NCBI GenBank assembly: GCA_965652295.1 | Contig: CBFGTS010000010.1 | Location: 120,544-184,543, forward strand | Length of the DNA stretch: 64,000 nucleotides | Direction of reading: 5' to 3' | From: an uncultured Haloferula sp. | GTDB lineage: Bacteria > Verrucomicrobiota > Verrucomicrobiia > Verrucomicrobiales > Akkermansiaceae | Part shown: piece by piece, positions 1 through 13,086 of the stretch | Layout of the letters: the number at the start of each line of letters is the position of its first letter | Position numbering within the stretch: position 1 is the stretch's first letter | The notes under the pieces: generated by a model | Databases searched by the model: none | Seen by the model: the letters and a program-made list of their open reading frames with translations, nothing else | What the model was told of the DNA's origin: nothing | Translations under genes and position numbers: made by a program

Positions 1-2
1 CG

Positions 3-1049
3 CTGCGGAGCTTCCGGACCTCGCCGGACGACATCCACGTTTCGGGCAATCTCCTGCGCGAGTTTGGAATCAAGCCCGGTCACCGGGTGAAGGTCCGCGT
101 CCGCTGCCCGCGCGAGCGTGACAAGTTTCTCACCGCGACGGAGATTGTGGAAATCGAAGGGGTTCCGGCGCAGGATTTCGTCCCCGGCCGGGATTTTGAC
201 AAGCTGACACCGCTTTTCCCGAATCAGCGCCTGATGTTGGAGGGCAAAGGACCGGACGCTCTTGCGCCGCGGATCATCGATCTCGTCGCGCCTCTCGGAA
301 AAGGCCAGCGTGGCCTGATCGTCGCACCACCTCGCGGGGGGAAGACCATCCTCCTCAAGCAGATCGCCAAGGCCATCAAGCGCAACCATCCCGAGGTCGA
401 TCTGATCATCCTGCTGCTGGACGAGCGTCCCGAGGAGGTGACGGATTTCGAGGAAACCGTGGGGGCCACCGTGTTCGCCTCGACCTTTGACGAGCCTGCC
501 AAGCGGCATGCCCAGGTCGCCGATCTCGTGATCGAGCGGGCCCAGCGGCTCGTCGAGCAGAAGAAAGACGTGGTGGTGCTGCTCGACAGCCTTACGAGGC
601 TGGCCCGCGGCCACAATTCCGCACTGCAGGGAGGAGGTCCCATCGGAAGCGGTGGCATCAGTCCGAAGGCCCTGCAGCAGTCGCGAAAGTTTTTCGGATA
701 CGCCCGCAACGTCGAGGAGGGCGGAAGCCTGACCGTTCTGGCGACCGCGCTCATCGAGACGGAGAGCCGGATGGACGACGTCATCTTCGAGGAATTCAAG
801 GGAACCGGCAACATGGAGGTCCGGCTGGATCGCGAGCTTGCCGAGCGTCGGATCTACCCCGCCATTCACATCCCCCAAAGCGGGACGAGGAATGACGACC
901 GGCTTTTCCATCCTGACGAATTCGCCAGAGTTCTCGACATCCGGCGCCAGCTCGCGCAGCTGCCGGTGGGCGAAGCGATCGAAACTTTGATGACAAATGT
1001 GGCAGCCACGCAATCCAACGCCGAGCTGCTCCTGCGCGGAATCCGATGA
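3..1049 (+). CDS. rho: Transcription termination factor Rho (5'-truncated by window; divergent)
   Basis: Frame is open from base 3 (LRSFRTSPDDIHVS, RNA-binding-domain like). Motifs: GKGQRGLIVAPPRGGKT, DERPEEVTD, LLDSLTRLAR, ARNVEEGGSLT, EEFKGTGNME. Confidence 0.93.
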   Translation: MRSFRTSPDDIHVSGNLLREFGIKPGHRVKVRVRCPRERDKFLTATEIVEIEGVPAQDFVPGRDFDKLTPLFPNQRLMLEGKGPDALAPRIIDLVAPLGKGQRGLIVAPPRGGKTILLKQIAKAIKRNHPEVDLIILLLDERPEEVTDFEETVGATVFASTFDEPAKRHAQVADLVIERAQRLVEQKKDVVVLLDSLTRLARGHNSALQGGGPIGSGGISPKALQQSRKFFGYARNVEEGGSLTVLATALIETESRMDDVIFEEFKGTGNMEVRLDRELAERRIYPAIHIPQSGTRNDDRLFHPDEFARVLDIRRQLAQLPVGEAIETLMTNVAATQSNAELLLRGIR

Positions 1050-1106
1050 GGTTCCGCGGCAGAAAAACGCTTGCAAGCCGCTAGGCGAAATCGGACTTTT
1101 CCAAAA

Positions 1107-2786
1107 ATGAAACCCTTCTCCATCGCAATCATTCCGTTTGCTGCTGCCGCAGCGATGTCGATGCCTGCAGCATACGGCCAGGTGGTCCTGCAGCTGGCAT
1201 CTGCCAAAGATTTTCAGCAAACCGGCCCCAGCGGAGCCAGCATGCAGTTCCGCCGCGGCCTGATGAACGTGAATTTGAGGGACGGCTCCGCATGGGCGGT
1301 CGGCTGCTTCGGGCTCGCGCCGCTTCCCCAGTACATCCCTGAAGGGGTGATCGGGTGCCCTCTTGGCACTACGGGTTACGTCGCCTTTGGCGACGGGGAT
1401 GGAGACGGACTTTTTGACGACGCTGGATTCTGGTCGTTGAGTTCGATCGGCCCTGCCACCCTGATCGAACCCTTTCAGGAAGGTCTCTGCTCAATGATCG
1501 CCGCCCCGCCTTCGCAGTTGCCGCGGACGCTCTCGAATTTCCAAGATCAGAGCTGGTTGATTTACTACAACCTCCACACTGCTACGATTCTGGAGTACGT
1601 CGTTACTGAGTATGATCTGGACCGGGAGTATGCTGCCGGTGCCATCGGCTGGCAGAAAATGGATAAGGAACTCGTCACGGGACAGTACGTGTTTTCGTTC
1701 CCCCTGCGCAATCGTCCGGTGCAGAGTGTTCCGGTGGCGGTGACGCACCACGCCATGCCGGAGGGATACGGGCTGCACCACCGGTATCCGAAGGAAGATT
1801 TCCATTTTGTCGGAGGAACGTGGGATTCAAACGGATTCTACCTCATGGATCCCAACCTTGGCGGGACGATCTCCTGGACAGGCAACAATGTTGGCAATGT
1901 GAGCCCATCCGCGGACGTCCTGAGGTTCATGATCCTCGACGAGCTGCCTCTCCGTGATCCTGCGTCCCCGATGAGGACGTTTGATATCGGTGCTTACGAT
2001 CAGCGCGAGGATGCTGCCCTGTTCTGGGACCTGCTGCTTGATATCGATGACCTCGACCCGACCGTAGACATCGGGAATGATGACAATCCGAATGTTTATA
2101 CCCCCTATGAGGACGACGATGAATTCCTGCCAGCCGTGGAGTTCCCGCCGACCCGGGTGCCGTTGCAAATCCCAAGTCCCTACACCCAGCAGTACTCTTT
2201 GGCCCCCGGCTTTTTCCGGGCGGGAGAGCAGAAGGTGATTCAAGTACGTTTCGATCGGATTCTCGGAACCACGTCCGCTGCCTATGATTCATCAGTCCGC
2301 CTGTTTCACGCGAATGTCCGCTTTGTGAACACGTATGCTGGATACGCCTCGCTCAAGTTCCCTTCCGGTGAGGATCCACTTCTGACGGCTGCAAACGGCG
2401 ACTACGATGGAGATGGGGTCTCGAATATCGACGAGATGACCGTTGGGACGGATCCGGCCGACGATGCAGATGTGCCCGTGCCGCTCGCGGCAACCGCGGA
2501 TGAGGAGGGTGACACCGTCTCATTCACCTACGAACTGGCACCGGATGTCCACGTCAACGACTACCTCTTGATCACGGACACCGGCACCAACCAAACATGG
2601 AAGGTGTCCGCGACCAATTCGAACTGGATTGTGACTCGCGAGACGGAGGTGCAGATCGTCGAGGATCCGGTTACCGACCGGGAGTTCGCGCACACCATCG
2701 TGACGGTGACGGTCCGCAGCCGGGCTCCCATGCTGCCCGACAATCTTGTCGCCCGGGTCGGCGCGACGGCCATCTCGCTCAAGTGA
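1107..2786 (+). CDS. Secreted acidic hypothetical protein with DxDGDG Ca-binding-like motifs
   Basis: ATG 1107 begins a signal-peptide-like N-terminus (MKPFSIAIIPFAAAAAMSMPAAYG). Contains DGDGDG and DYDGDGVSNIDEMTVGTDPAD, plus an Asp-rich linker. Confidence 0.7.
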   Translation: MKPFSIAIIPFAAAAAMSMPAAYGQVVLQLASAKDFQQTGPSGASMQFRRGLMNVNLRDGSAWAVGCFGLAPLPQYIPEGVIGCPLGTTGYVAFGDGDGDGLFDDAGFWSLSSIGPATLIEPFQEGLCSMIAAPPSQLPRTLSNFQDQSWLIYYNLHTATILEYVVTEYDLDREYAAGAIGWQKMDKELVTGQYVFSFPLRNRPVQSVPVAVTHHAMPEGYGLHHRYPKEDFHFVGGTWDSNGFYLMDPNLGGTISWTGNNVGNVSPSADVLRFMILDELPLRDPASPMRTFDIGAYDQREDAALFWDLLLDIDDLDPTVDIGNDDNPNVYTPYEDDDEFLPAVEFPPTRVPLQIPSPYTQQYSLAPGFFRAGEQKVIQVRFDRILGTTSAAYDSSVRLFHANVRFVNTYAGYASLKFPSGEDPLLTAANGDYDGDGVSNIDEMTVGTDPADDADVPVPLAATADEEGDTVSFTYELAPDVHVNDYLLITDTGTNQTWKVSATNSNWIVTRETEVQIVEDPVTDREFAHTIVTVTVRSRAPMLPDNLVARVGATAISLK

Positions 2787-2864
2787 ACCTTGGAGAGGGA
2801 GCGCCAGAGAGCGGGAGGCACATCAACCGTGAGGTCGGACCTTCCGAAGAGGAGAGCGAAGCAT

Positions 2865-6630
<3,766 letters not shown>

Positions 6631-6672
6631 TCCGGCCCCTCCTGCTAATCCTGCTTTCCTAATTTTTTCATC

Positions 6673-9276
6673 ATGTCCGACGAGACGATCAACAAGATCA
6701 GCGTGGCCGATGAGATGTCGAAGTCGTTCCTCGACTATTCGATGTCGGTCATCATTTCCCGGGCCCTTCCCGATGTCCGGGACGGCCTGAAACCCTCCCA
6801 GCGTCGCCTGCTGTATGCGATGCACCACGACCTTTCCCTGAGCCCGGGCAAGCAGCACATGAAGTGCGCCGCGATCGTCGGGGAAACGATGAAAAGCTAT
6901 CACCCCCACGGTGATGGCGCGATTTATCCGACGCTCGTGAACATGGCCCAGCCGTGGACGATGCGGGAAACGCTGGTCGACGGGCAAGGCAACTTCGGTT
7001 CGGTGGAAGGCGATGCTCCTGCGGCGATGCGTTATACCGAGGCCCGTCTCACCGATGCCGGCTCCCTGATGATGGCGGACATCGAGAAGGACACCGTCGA
7101 TCACCAGATCACCTACGACGAGCGCAACAAGGAACCCGTCGTCCTCCCCGCTGCCATTCCGAACCTGCTGGTCAACGGTGGCACAGGCATCGCGGTCGGC
7201 ATGGCCACCAACATCCCCGCCCACAATCTCGGCGAGGTGATCGATGGCGTGTGTGCCCGGATCGATGATCCGAACATGTCGATCGAGGAGATGAAGACCC
7301 ACATCAAGGGTCCAGATTTCGCCTCCGCCTGCGAAATCCGCGGCTACAAGGGGATCGACAGCTATTTCCGCACCGGCCGGGGATCGATCAAGATGCGCGG
7401 TGTGATGGAAGTGGATGAGAGCGCCACCGGCGCGGCGATCATCACCATCCGTCAGGTGCCCCATGGGGTGAACCGTGCCGTGCTCCAGCAGCGGATTGCC
7501 GAACTCGTCCGCGAGAAGGTGCTGACGGACATCTCGGGCATGCGCGACCTTTCCGATGACGAGACGCGCATCGAGATCACGCTCAAGCGCGACGCGCGAC
7601 CGCAGGTGGTGGTCAACCAGCTTTTCAAGCTGACGGCGATGGAGACCTCGTTCGGGGTCAACATGCTGGCGATCCACGAGCGCCGGCCGAAGCAGCTTTC
7701 CCTGATGGATGCCATCGATGCCTTCATCGAGCACCGCCGCGAAGTCATCGTCCGCCGGACGAAGTTCCTCCTCAAGAAGGCGCAGGACCGCGCCGAGAAT
7801 CTGGAAGCCTTCCTGTTGGCGCTGGGCCATCTCGATGAGTTCATCAAGATGATCCGCGATTCGAAGAACCGCGACGAGGCGCGCGAGAAGATCCGCAACC
7901 GCCACTTCGATCTCGCGGTGGCGGAGCAGCTCGGGATCCTCATCTATTCCCAGCCGAGCGTGAAGGGGGACAAGTATGTCTTCACCGAGCGCCAGGTGAA
8001 CGCGATCCTCGATCTCCGGCTCTATCAGCTCACGGCGATGGAGCAGGACAAGATCAAGGCCGAATACGACGGCGTTCTGGAGGAAATCAAGGACCTCCTC
8101 GACATCCTCGCCAAGGAGTCGCGCGTGCTCACGATCATCAAGGACGAGCTTCAGGCGATCAAAGAGAAGCACGCCACCCCGCGCCGCTGCCCGATCCTGC
8201 CGGACGAGGGCGAGATCGCCATTGAGGACCTCATTGCCAACGATGGCATGATCGTCACCCTCAGCCACCGCGGCTATGTGAAGCGCACGCCGGCCAGTGA
8301 GTACCGCGTGCAGGGCCGCGGCGGGAAGGGTGTCCGCGGCATGGAGACACGGGGCGCGAACGACGAGGAGGAAAAGGATTTCGTCGAGCAGCTCTTCTCC
8401 GTCCAGGCGCACGATTACCTGATGTTCTTCACCAACACCGGCCGCGTCTATGTCGAGCGGGTGTATGAAATCCCCGAAGGCTCCCGGGCTTCCAAGGGCC
8501 GCAGCATCAAGAACGTGCTGAACCTCCAGCCGGAAGAAACCATCGCCGCGATGCTGCGCCTCGAGCGCGTCACCGACGAGGATGGCAATGACGTCACCTT
8601 CCGTGAAGATGCGGGCTACGTGTTCTTCGCGACCCGCAGCGGCAAGGTGAAAAAGACCGCGCTCAATGATTTCCGCAACTACCGGAAGGACGGCATCATC
8701 GCCATCAAACTGGAGGAGGGGAACACCCTCATCGGCGCGTGGCTGACCAGCGGCAAGGACGAGGTCGTGCTGGTGACCCGCAAGGGCCTGAGCATCCGCT
8801 TCCCCGAGGAGCAGGCACGGCCGCTCGGCCGGGCGACCGCGGGCGTGACGGGCATCCGGCCGGCGGAGGACGACTACGTCGTGGCGCTCTCACTGGTTTC
8901 CGAAGAGGCGACCCTGCTGGTGGCTTCCGAGAATGGAATCGGCAAACGCACGCCCTTCGCCGACTACCGCGTCCAGAGCCGCGGTGGCAAGGGGATCATC
9001 ACCATGAAGGTGGGCGACAAGACCGGCGACGTGGTGGGTGCCGTGGCCGTGACCGAGGCCGACGAGTTGATGCTCATGACCTCCGGAGGCCAGAGCATCC
9101 GCATCCGCGTCTCCGAAGTCCGCGAAGCCGGCCGCAACACCATGGGAGTGAAGCTCCTCAGCCTGCGTGGCGCAGAGAAACTTCAGGACATCGCTTTGGT
9201 GGTGCCGGATGGCGAGGAGTCCGACGCCGGTGACGAACCTGAGGATGACGCTGCCGAGGTGCCGCCGGAGTCGTGA
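6673..9276 (+). CDS. gyrA: DNA gyrase subunit A
   Basis: RALPDVRDGLKP, YHPHGD, AAMRYTE (catalytic Tyr), GIAVGMATNIP, GyrA-box QGRGGKG, C-terminal pinwheel repeats and acidic tail. Confidence 0.98.
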   Translation: MSDETINKISVADEMSKSFLDYSMSVIISRALPDVRDGLKPSQRRLLYAMHHDLSLSPGKQHMKCAAIVGETMKSYHPHGDGAIYPTLVNMAQPWTMRETLVDGQGNFGSVEGDAPAAMRYTEARLTDAGSLMMADIEKDTVDHQITYDERNKEPVVLPAAIPNLLVNGGTGIAVGMATNIPAHNLGEVIDGVCARIDDPNMSIEEMKTHIKGPDFASACEIRGYKGIDSYFRTGRGSIKMRGVMEVDESATGAAIITIRQVPHGVNRAVLQQRIAELVREKVLTDISGMRDLSDDETRIEITLKRDARPQVVVNQLFKLTAMETSFGVNMLAIHERRPKQLSLMDAIDAFIEHRREVIVRRTKFLLKKAQDRAENLEAFLLALGHLDEFIKMIRDSKNRDEAREKIRNRHFDLAVAEQLGILIYSQPSVKGDKYVFTERQVNAILDLRLYQLTAMEQDKIKAEYDGVLEEIKDLLDILAKESRVLTIIKDELQAIKEKHATPRRCPILPDEGEIAIEDLIANDGMIVTLSHRGYVKRTPASEYRVQGRGGKGVRGMETRGANDEEEKDFVEQLFSVQAHDYLMFFTNTGRVYVERVYEIPEGSRASKGRSIKNVLNLQPEETIAAMLRLERVTDEDGNDVTFREDAGYVFFATRSGKVKKTALNDFRNYRKDGIIAIKLEEGNTLIGAWLTSGKDEVVLVTRKGLSIRFPEEQARPLGRATAGVTGIRPAEDDYVVALSLVSEEATLLVASENGIGKRTPFADYRVQSRGGKGIITMKVGDKTGDVVGAVAVTEADELMLMTSGGQSIRIRVSEVREAGRNTMGVKLLSLRGAEKLQDIALVVPDGEESDAGDEPEDDAAEVPPES

Positions 9277-9926
9277 AAGTAGGTTTCCGGATTCTCGCTT
9301 TGCTCGCTCTGTTGGGGTTGCTCGGTTTTTACGGGAATCTGGAAACCACGAAACAACCGAAAGCCGGTCCTGCTGCTGAAGAATCCCTTGAGGAGAATCG
9401 TCCGACGCAGCGTTTCCAAGAGGGTGAGGCTTTCCCAAGTCCGGCGGGCAAGGATCGCGTGCGCAGTGAGCCCGGCTCGTCGATTCGGTCGAAGCTGGCC
9501 ATCGGCCGCGGCGAAGTGGGCGTATTCTCCCTGCCGGCGAGTTCCATGCGCTCAGTCTTGGGAGCCATGGAACGGCTCCAAGCTGAGGGCGGGGCCGCGT
9601 TCAGGGATCCGACGCAGTCCGAGTGGCCCGAGGGCGTCGCGGTCGTTGGGATTCTCTCTAAAAAGCAGGCCGAAGCTTTGTTGATTGATGAGAAAGTCGG
9701 GTCCGCAGTGGTTGGAGAGCAGCGTGTTCGGGCTGGCGGACTCCTTCGCGTGACTGCCGAGATCTCCGCCCAACAGGAGTTTGTCACGTCGATGGAGATC
9801 ACCGTGGACGAGGTTGAGACTGGCTCCAAAATTCGGACGAATCTGAGTTGTTGCCCTGGCTCGATCGTCCTCGTCAAGTCGAGCGGAACGGCTCCGACCG
9901 GAGCGGTGGTCGTCGTGGGAGAATGA
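9273..9926 (+). CDS. Hypothetical membrane-anchored protein
   Basis: GTG start overlaps the gyrA stop (GTGA). N-terminal hydrophobic segment. Confidence 0.6.
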   Translation: MKVGFRILALLALLGLLGFYGNLETTKQPKAGPAAEESLEENRPTQRFQEGEAFPSPAGKDRVRSEPGSSIRSKLAIGRGEVGVFSLPASSMRSVLGAMERLQAEGGAAFRDPTQSEWPEGVAVVGILSKKQAEALLIDEKVGSAVVGEQRVRAGGLLRVTAEISAQQEFVTSMEITVDEVETGSKIRTNLSCCPGSIVLVKSSGTAPTGAVVVVGE

Positions 9927-9943
9927 CGCCGGCTCCGATGATC

Positions 9944-10507
9944 CTAAAATGACCGCCTCCCGGAGCCGGATTGGATCAGCTCGGCTTCACCCTCCCATCC
10001 CAGCTCGGCGAGATGGGCGAGCACGATATCGAAGGTAGGGATCGTCAGGGAGTCCCGCTCGATTTGGAGTTCGTCCCGGGGGAATTGCTGCGGAGGGAGG
10101 ATTTCTTCGGCCAAGTGAAAGCAGGCCCACGCCCGCCAGGATCGGACTTCGCGCCGCGGACCTTTCACACGGGTGGCGAGGTGCTGGAAGTGGCGGACCG
10201 GATTGCCGAGAAAACCTTGGTCAGGCCGGTGTTTCAGCATCCAAGCCAGCGCCGGATAAGGCGGTGGCCACTCGCGGAGAACAGGATCATCGGGCTTGAG
10301 CTCGGCTCCCCATGCGCGATCCAGAGGAAGAATCGCCCGTGCCGGCAGACCGCGGCACCAGAGGCACTGAGCGTAGATCAGGGCAGTGAGGTAGAACGCC
10401 GGGCCGCGGTCGGAGCCCAAGGCGCGCAGGTCGCGGTAGCTCATTTCCGGACGCGCATCCGGGAGAAACGGGCACGGCGGCAGGGACCATTCGGGGTGTT
10501 CAGACAT
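9944..10507 (-). CDS. Hypothetical protein (about 187 aa, start MSEHPEW)
   Basis: 3' part of ORF 9944..11287. ATG 10507 overlaps the stop of the upstream MFS gene. Protein-like motifs (FLGNPVRHFQHLATRV, WRAWACF). Confidence 0.7.
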   Translation of the reverse strand: MSEHPEWSLPPCPFLPDARPEMSYRDLRALGSDRGPAFYLTALIYAQCLWCRGLPARAILPLDRAWGAELKPDDPVLREWPPPYPALAWMLKHRPDQGFLGNPVRHFQHLATRVKGPRREVRSWRAWACFHLAEEILPPQQFPRDELQIERDSLTIPTFDIVLAHLAELGWEGEAELIQSGSGRRSF

Positions 10508-13016
10508 GCTCGGCCTTGGGGATTTCGTGGATGACGAAACCATCGAGTCCGACCTGCATGCCGTCCGGCAGGCGCAGCGGGCGGTTTCCCGTGGCGGGCC
10601 CGGAGATGGTACGTCGGTCGTCGCCGACGGCAAAACCCGGGAGCAATTGGCCGAAGGTGCCTTTTCGTGAGCCGGATTGAGCCTTTGAGCTGGCGTCGGA
10701 CGTAGGTGGGTCAGGAAACGACATCGCCACGATGACCCCGCCGACCGTAAGGCAGGGGTAATGCTGCCAAGTCTCGACGGCGAGCGGCTCGGAGGCGCGG
10801 GACCCGAAATCGAAAAACACGGCTTGGCCGCTCGGACGGACCCCTTTCTCGATGGCCACGCGCAGGGCGTCGCCACCGACCCAGCGGGCAATCCCGGAGC
10901 CGGCCGGTGTCTCGTGGCTTTCCAACCGGGCGCGGAACAACCGCGAGAAGGCGGGTAAGCCGGGAAGTGCGTCGATTTCCGGATCGAAGGCCAAGCGGCC
11001 GAAAGGTGTGCGCCGTGGCAGGGCGTTGATCTGCCCGAGCTGGTAGCCATTGGCAGTGGCGGCCGGATCGCTCCGCCACGCCGTGAGGCGTGAGGCGATG
11101 GCCGCGACGGAGCTCTCCAGCATGCCGCGGTGGATGCTCTCGATCGTGGCTCCTGTGAGCGGGGCACCGAAGGCGATCCCAATCCCATAGGGGACGCGGT
11201 AGGGAAACTTGCGGAAAAATCGGTTCCGCTCGAACGAGAAGATCGATCCCCACGCTCCATCCATCCACACCGGCACGACCGGGGCACCTGCCTGACGGGC
11301 GATCAGTTCCGCGCCGCGTTGGAGCGGCTGCAGCGTTCCCGTGCGGGTGAGCTGGCCTTCGGGAAAAAGACAGACCACATGGCCGGCCGCCAGGGCGTCG
11401 GCCGCGACCCGCAGAGCTTCGCGCGGGCGGCCCAACGAAAGCGGCACGGTGTCGAAGATGGTGCAGAACCAGCGCACCGGCCGGTATTTCATGTAGGCCG
11501 CGTCCATCACGAAGCGCACCGGGCGTGGACTGGCGGCGGTCAGGAAAAACGCATCCGCCCAGCTCACGTGGTTCGGCAGCAGGAGCACGCCCCCCTTTTC
11601 GGGGACGTGGTGGGCGTCCACCGCCCGGATCCGGTAGAAGGTGCGGATGATCGACAGCCCGACGACGCGGACGAAGTGGGCGGGCAGCAGCCGGATGATT
11701 CCCCAAGTCATCGCTCCAGAGCCCAACGCGGCGACAACCAGCAGCCACCGCAGGCCCGTCAAAGGATCAAAACCGGAGAGCAGCTTCGTGCCCAGAGCGA
11801 TGAAGATCACTGCAAGGATTCCGGCCAGGCAGTCCTGCAGATTCACCGCCGATTGCAGCTCGCCGCGTTTGTTTGCCGGATAGCGGTCCTGGATCCACGC
11901 GTTCAAGGGCGCGAGGAAGAGGGCGGCAAAGAATGCCAGCAGCGTCATCACCCACAGAAATGCCGTGTGCCAGGCGGCTGCGGACCCGGACGTCAGCAAA
12001 TCCAGGCTGCGCCGGGGATCGAGGGCGGCGAGCACCAACGAGGTCACTGTCATCAGCACGCCGGCCACCGGCACCCAGCCGAGCTCGATCCGCCGCCGCA
12101 GGAGATATGAGGCGACCCCGAAACCCGCCGCCATGCCGATTCCCGCTGCGGCCATGAACCACGATTGCAAGGTGCCGAAACCTTGGCCCGAGGCGGTCAG
12201 CTCCGCGGCGATCTTGATCGCCCACAGGTTGAGAAACGCCGCGAAACCCCAGAAGAAGGCGATGCCCAACGCGGCGAGCCGCATCGGCCCGTCCGACCAC
12301 AGCTCGCGCAAGTGCGTGAAGTGCTCGACCGTGGTCTTCCATTTCAGCGGCGGCGCGCCTTGGGCCGGTGTCTTCGGGACGATGAGCGCTAGCAGGATGG
12401 CCGGAATGCCCCCGAGCATGATGATCCACAGAGGTCCGGCCGCGGCACGCCACGCGGCCTCGTCGTTTCCCCCGCCATCGATGTAGCGGTGGTCGAAAAG
12501 AAAGCCCATCGCGATTTGACCGACGAGGATGGCCAGCATCGCGCACATCTGCTGGACCCCCGCGCCGAAGCCGAGGTGCTTCGAGCCGATCAGTTCCTTG
12601 GTGATGCCGACCTTCGCCGGACCGAAGAAGGCCGATTGGATTGCCAGCGCGAAGAAGCCCATCAGGGCCAGGGGCATGTTACGGAAATGGACCGAGGCCG
12701 CGAGCCAGACGAGAATCGAAAGCTGGGCGATCGCCGCGCCGAGCATGACGTTGCGTTTCGAAAAGCGATCGCTCACCCAGCCCGCGAGCGGAGCGAAGAG
12801 CACGAAGGGAAGGGCAATCATGAGCCCGGCGGCGTCCTCGATGCGGAGCCCGAACAGCGTCGCGCCGACCGCCCCGGCGAGCGGCACGAGGATGAACTGC
12901 GCGGCCTTGTCGTTGAAGGCGTTCTGGGTCTGCTGGACGATCATGCTCCAGAAGCCCGTCCACTGCCTGCGGTCGGGTTCGGGATGATCGGGTTCCGGCC
13001 TCGCCGCGGGGTTCAT
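10500..13016 (-). CDS. LplT-like MFS transporter fused to a PlsC-type acyltransferase (Aas-like), with a degenerate C-terminal domain
   Basis: About 12 TM segments with QNAFNDK and GWVSDRFSKR. Acyltransferase motifs NHVSWAD and FPEGQLTRTG. Confidence 0.88.
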   Translation of the reverse strand: MNPAARPEPDHPEPDRRQWTGFWSMIVQQTQNAFNDKAAQFILVPLAGAVGATLFGLRIEDAAGLMIALPFVLFAPLAGWVSDRFSKRNVMLGAAIAQLSILVWLAASVHFRNMPLALMGFFALAIQSAFFGPAKVGITKELIGSKHLGFGAGVQQMCAMLAILVGQIAMGFLFDHRYIDGGGNDEAAWRAAAGPLWIIMLGGIPAILLALIVPKTPAQGAPPLKWKTTVEHFTHLRELWSDGPMRLAALGIAFFWGFAAFLNLWAIKIAAELTASGQGFGTLQSWFMAAAGIGMAAGFGVASYLLRRRIELGWVPVAGVLMTVTSLVLAALDPRRSLDLLTSGSAAAWHTAFLWVMTLLAFFAALFLAPLNAWIQDRYPANKRGELQSAVNLQDCLAGILAVIFIALGTKLLSGFDPLTGLRWLLVVAALGSGAMTWGIIRLLPAHFVRVVGLSIIRTFYRIRAVDAHHVPEKGGVLLLPNHVSWADAFFLTAASPRPVRFVMDAAYMKYRPVRWFCTIFDTVPLSLGRPREALRVAADALAAGHVVCLFPEGQLTRTGTLQPLQRGAELIARQAGAPVVPVWMDGAWGSIFSFERNRFFRKFPYRVPYGIGIAFGAPLTGATIESIHRGMLESSVAAIASRLTAWRSDPAATANGYQLGQINALPRRTPFGRLAFDPEIDALPGLPAFSRLFRARLESHETPAGSGIARWVGGDALRVAIEKGVRPSGQAVFFDFGSRASEPLAVETWQHYPCLTVGGVIVAMSFPDPPTSDASSKAQSGSRKGTFGQLLPGFAVGDDRRTISGPATGNRPLRLPDGMQVGLDGFVIHEIPKAEHV

Positions 13017-13086
13017 GCGGCGGAGGCTAGGCGCGCATTTCCGGTGGGGAAAGCCTGGATGGTCTGCCGCGGCCGGTCGCCTTCAC

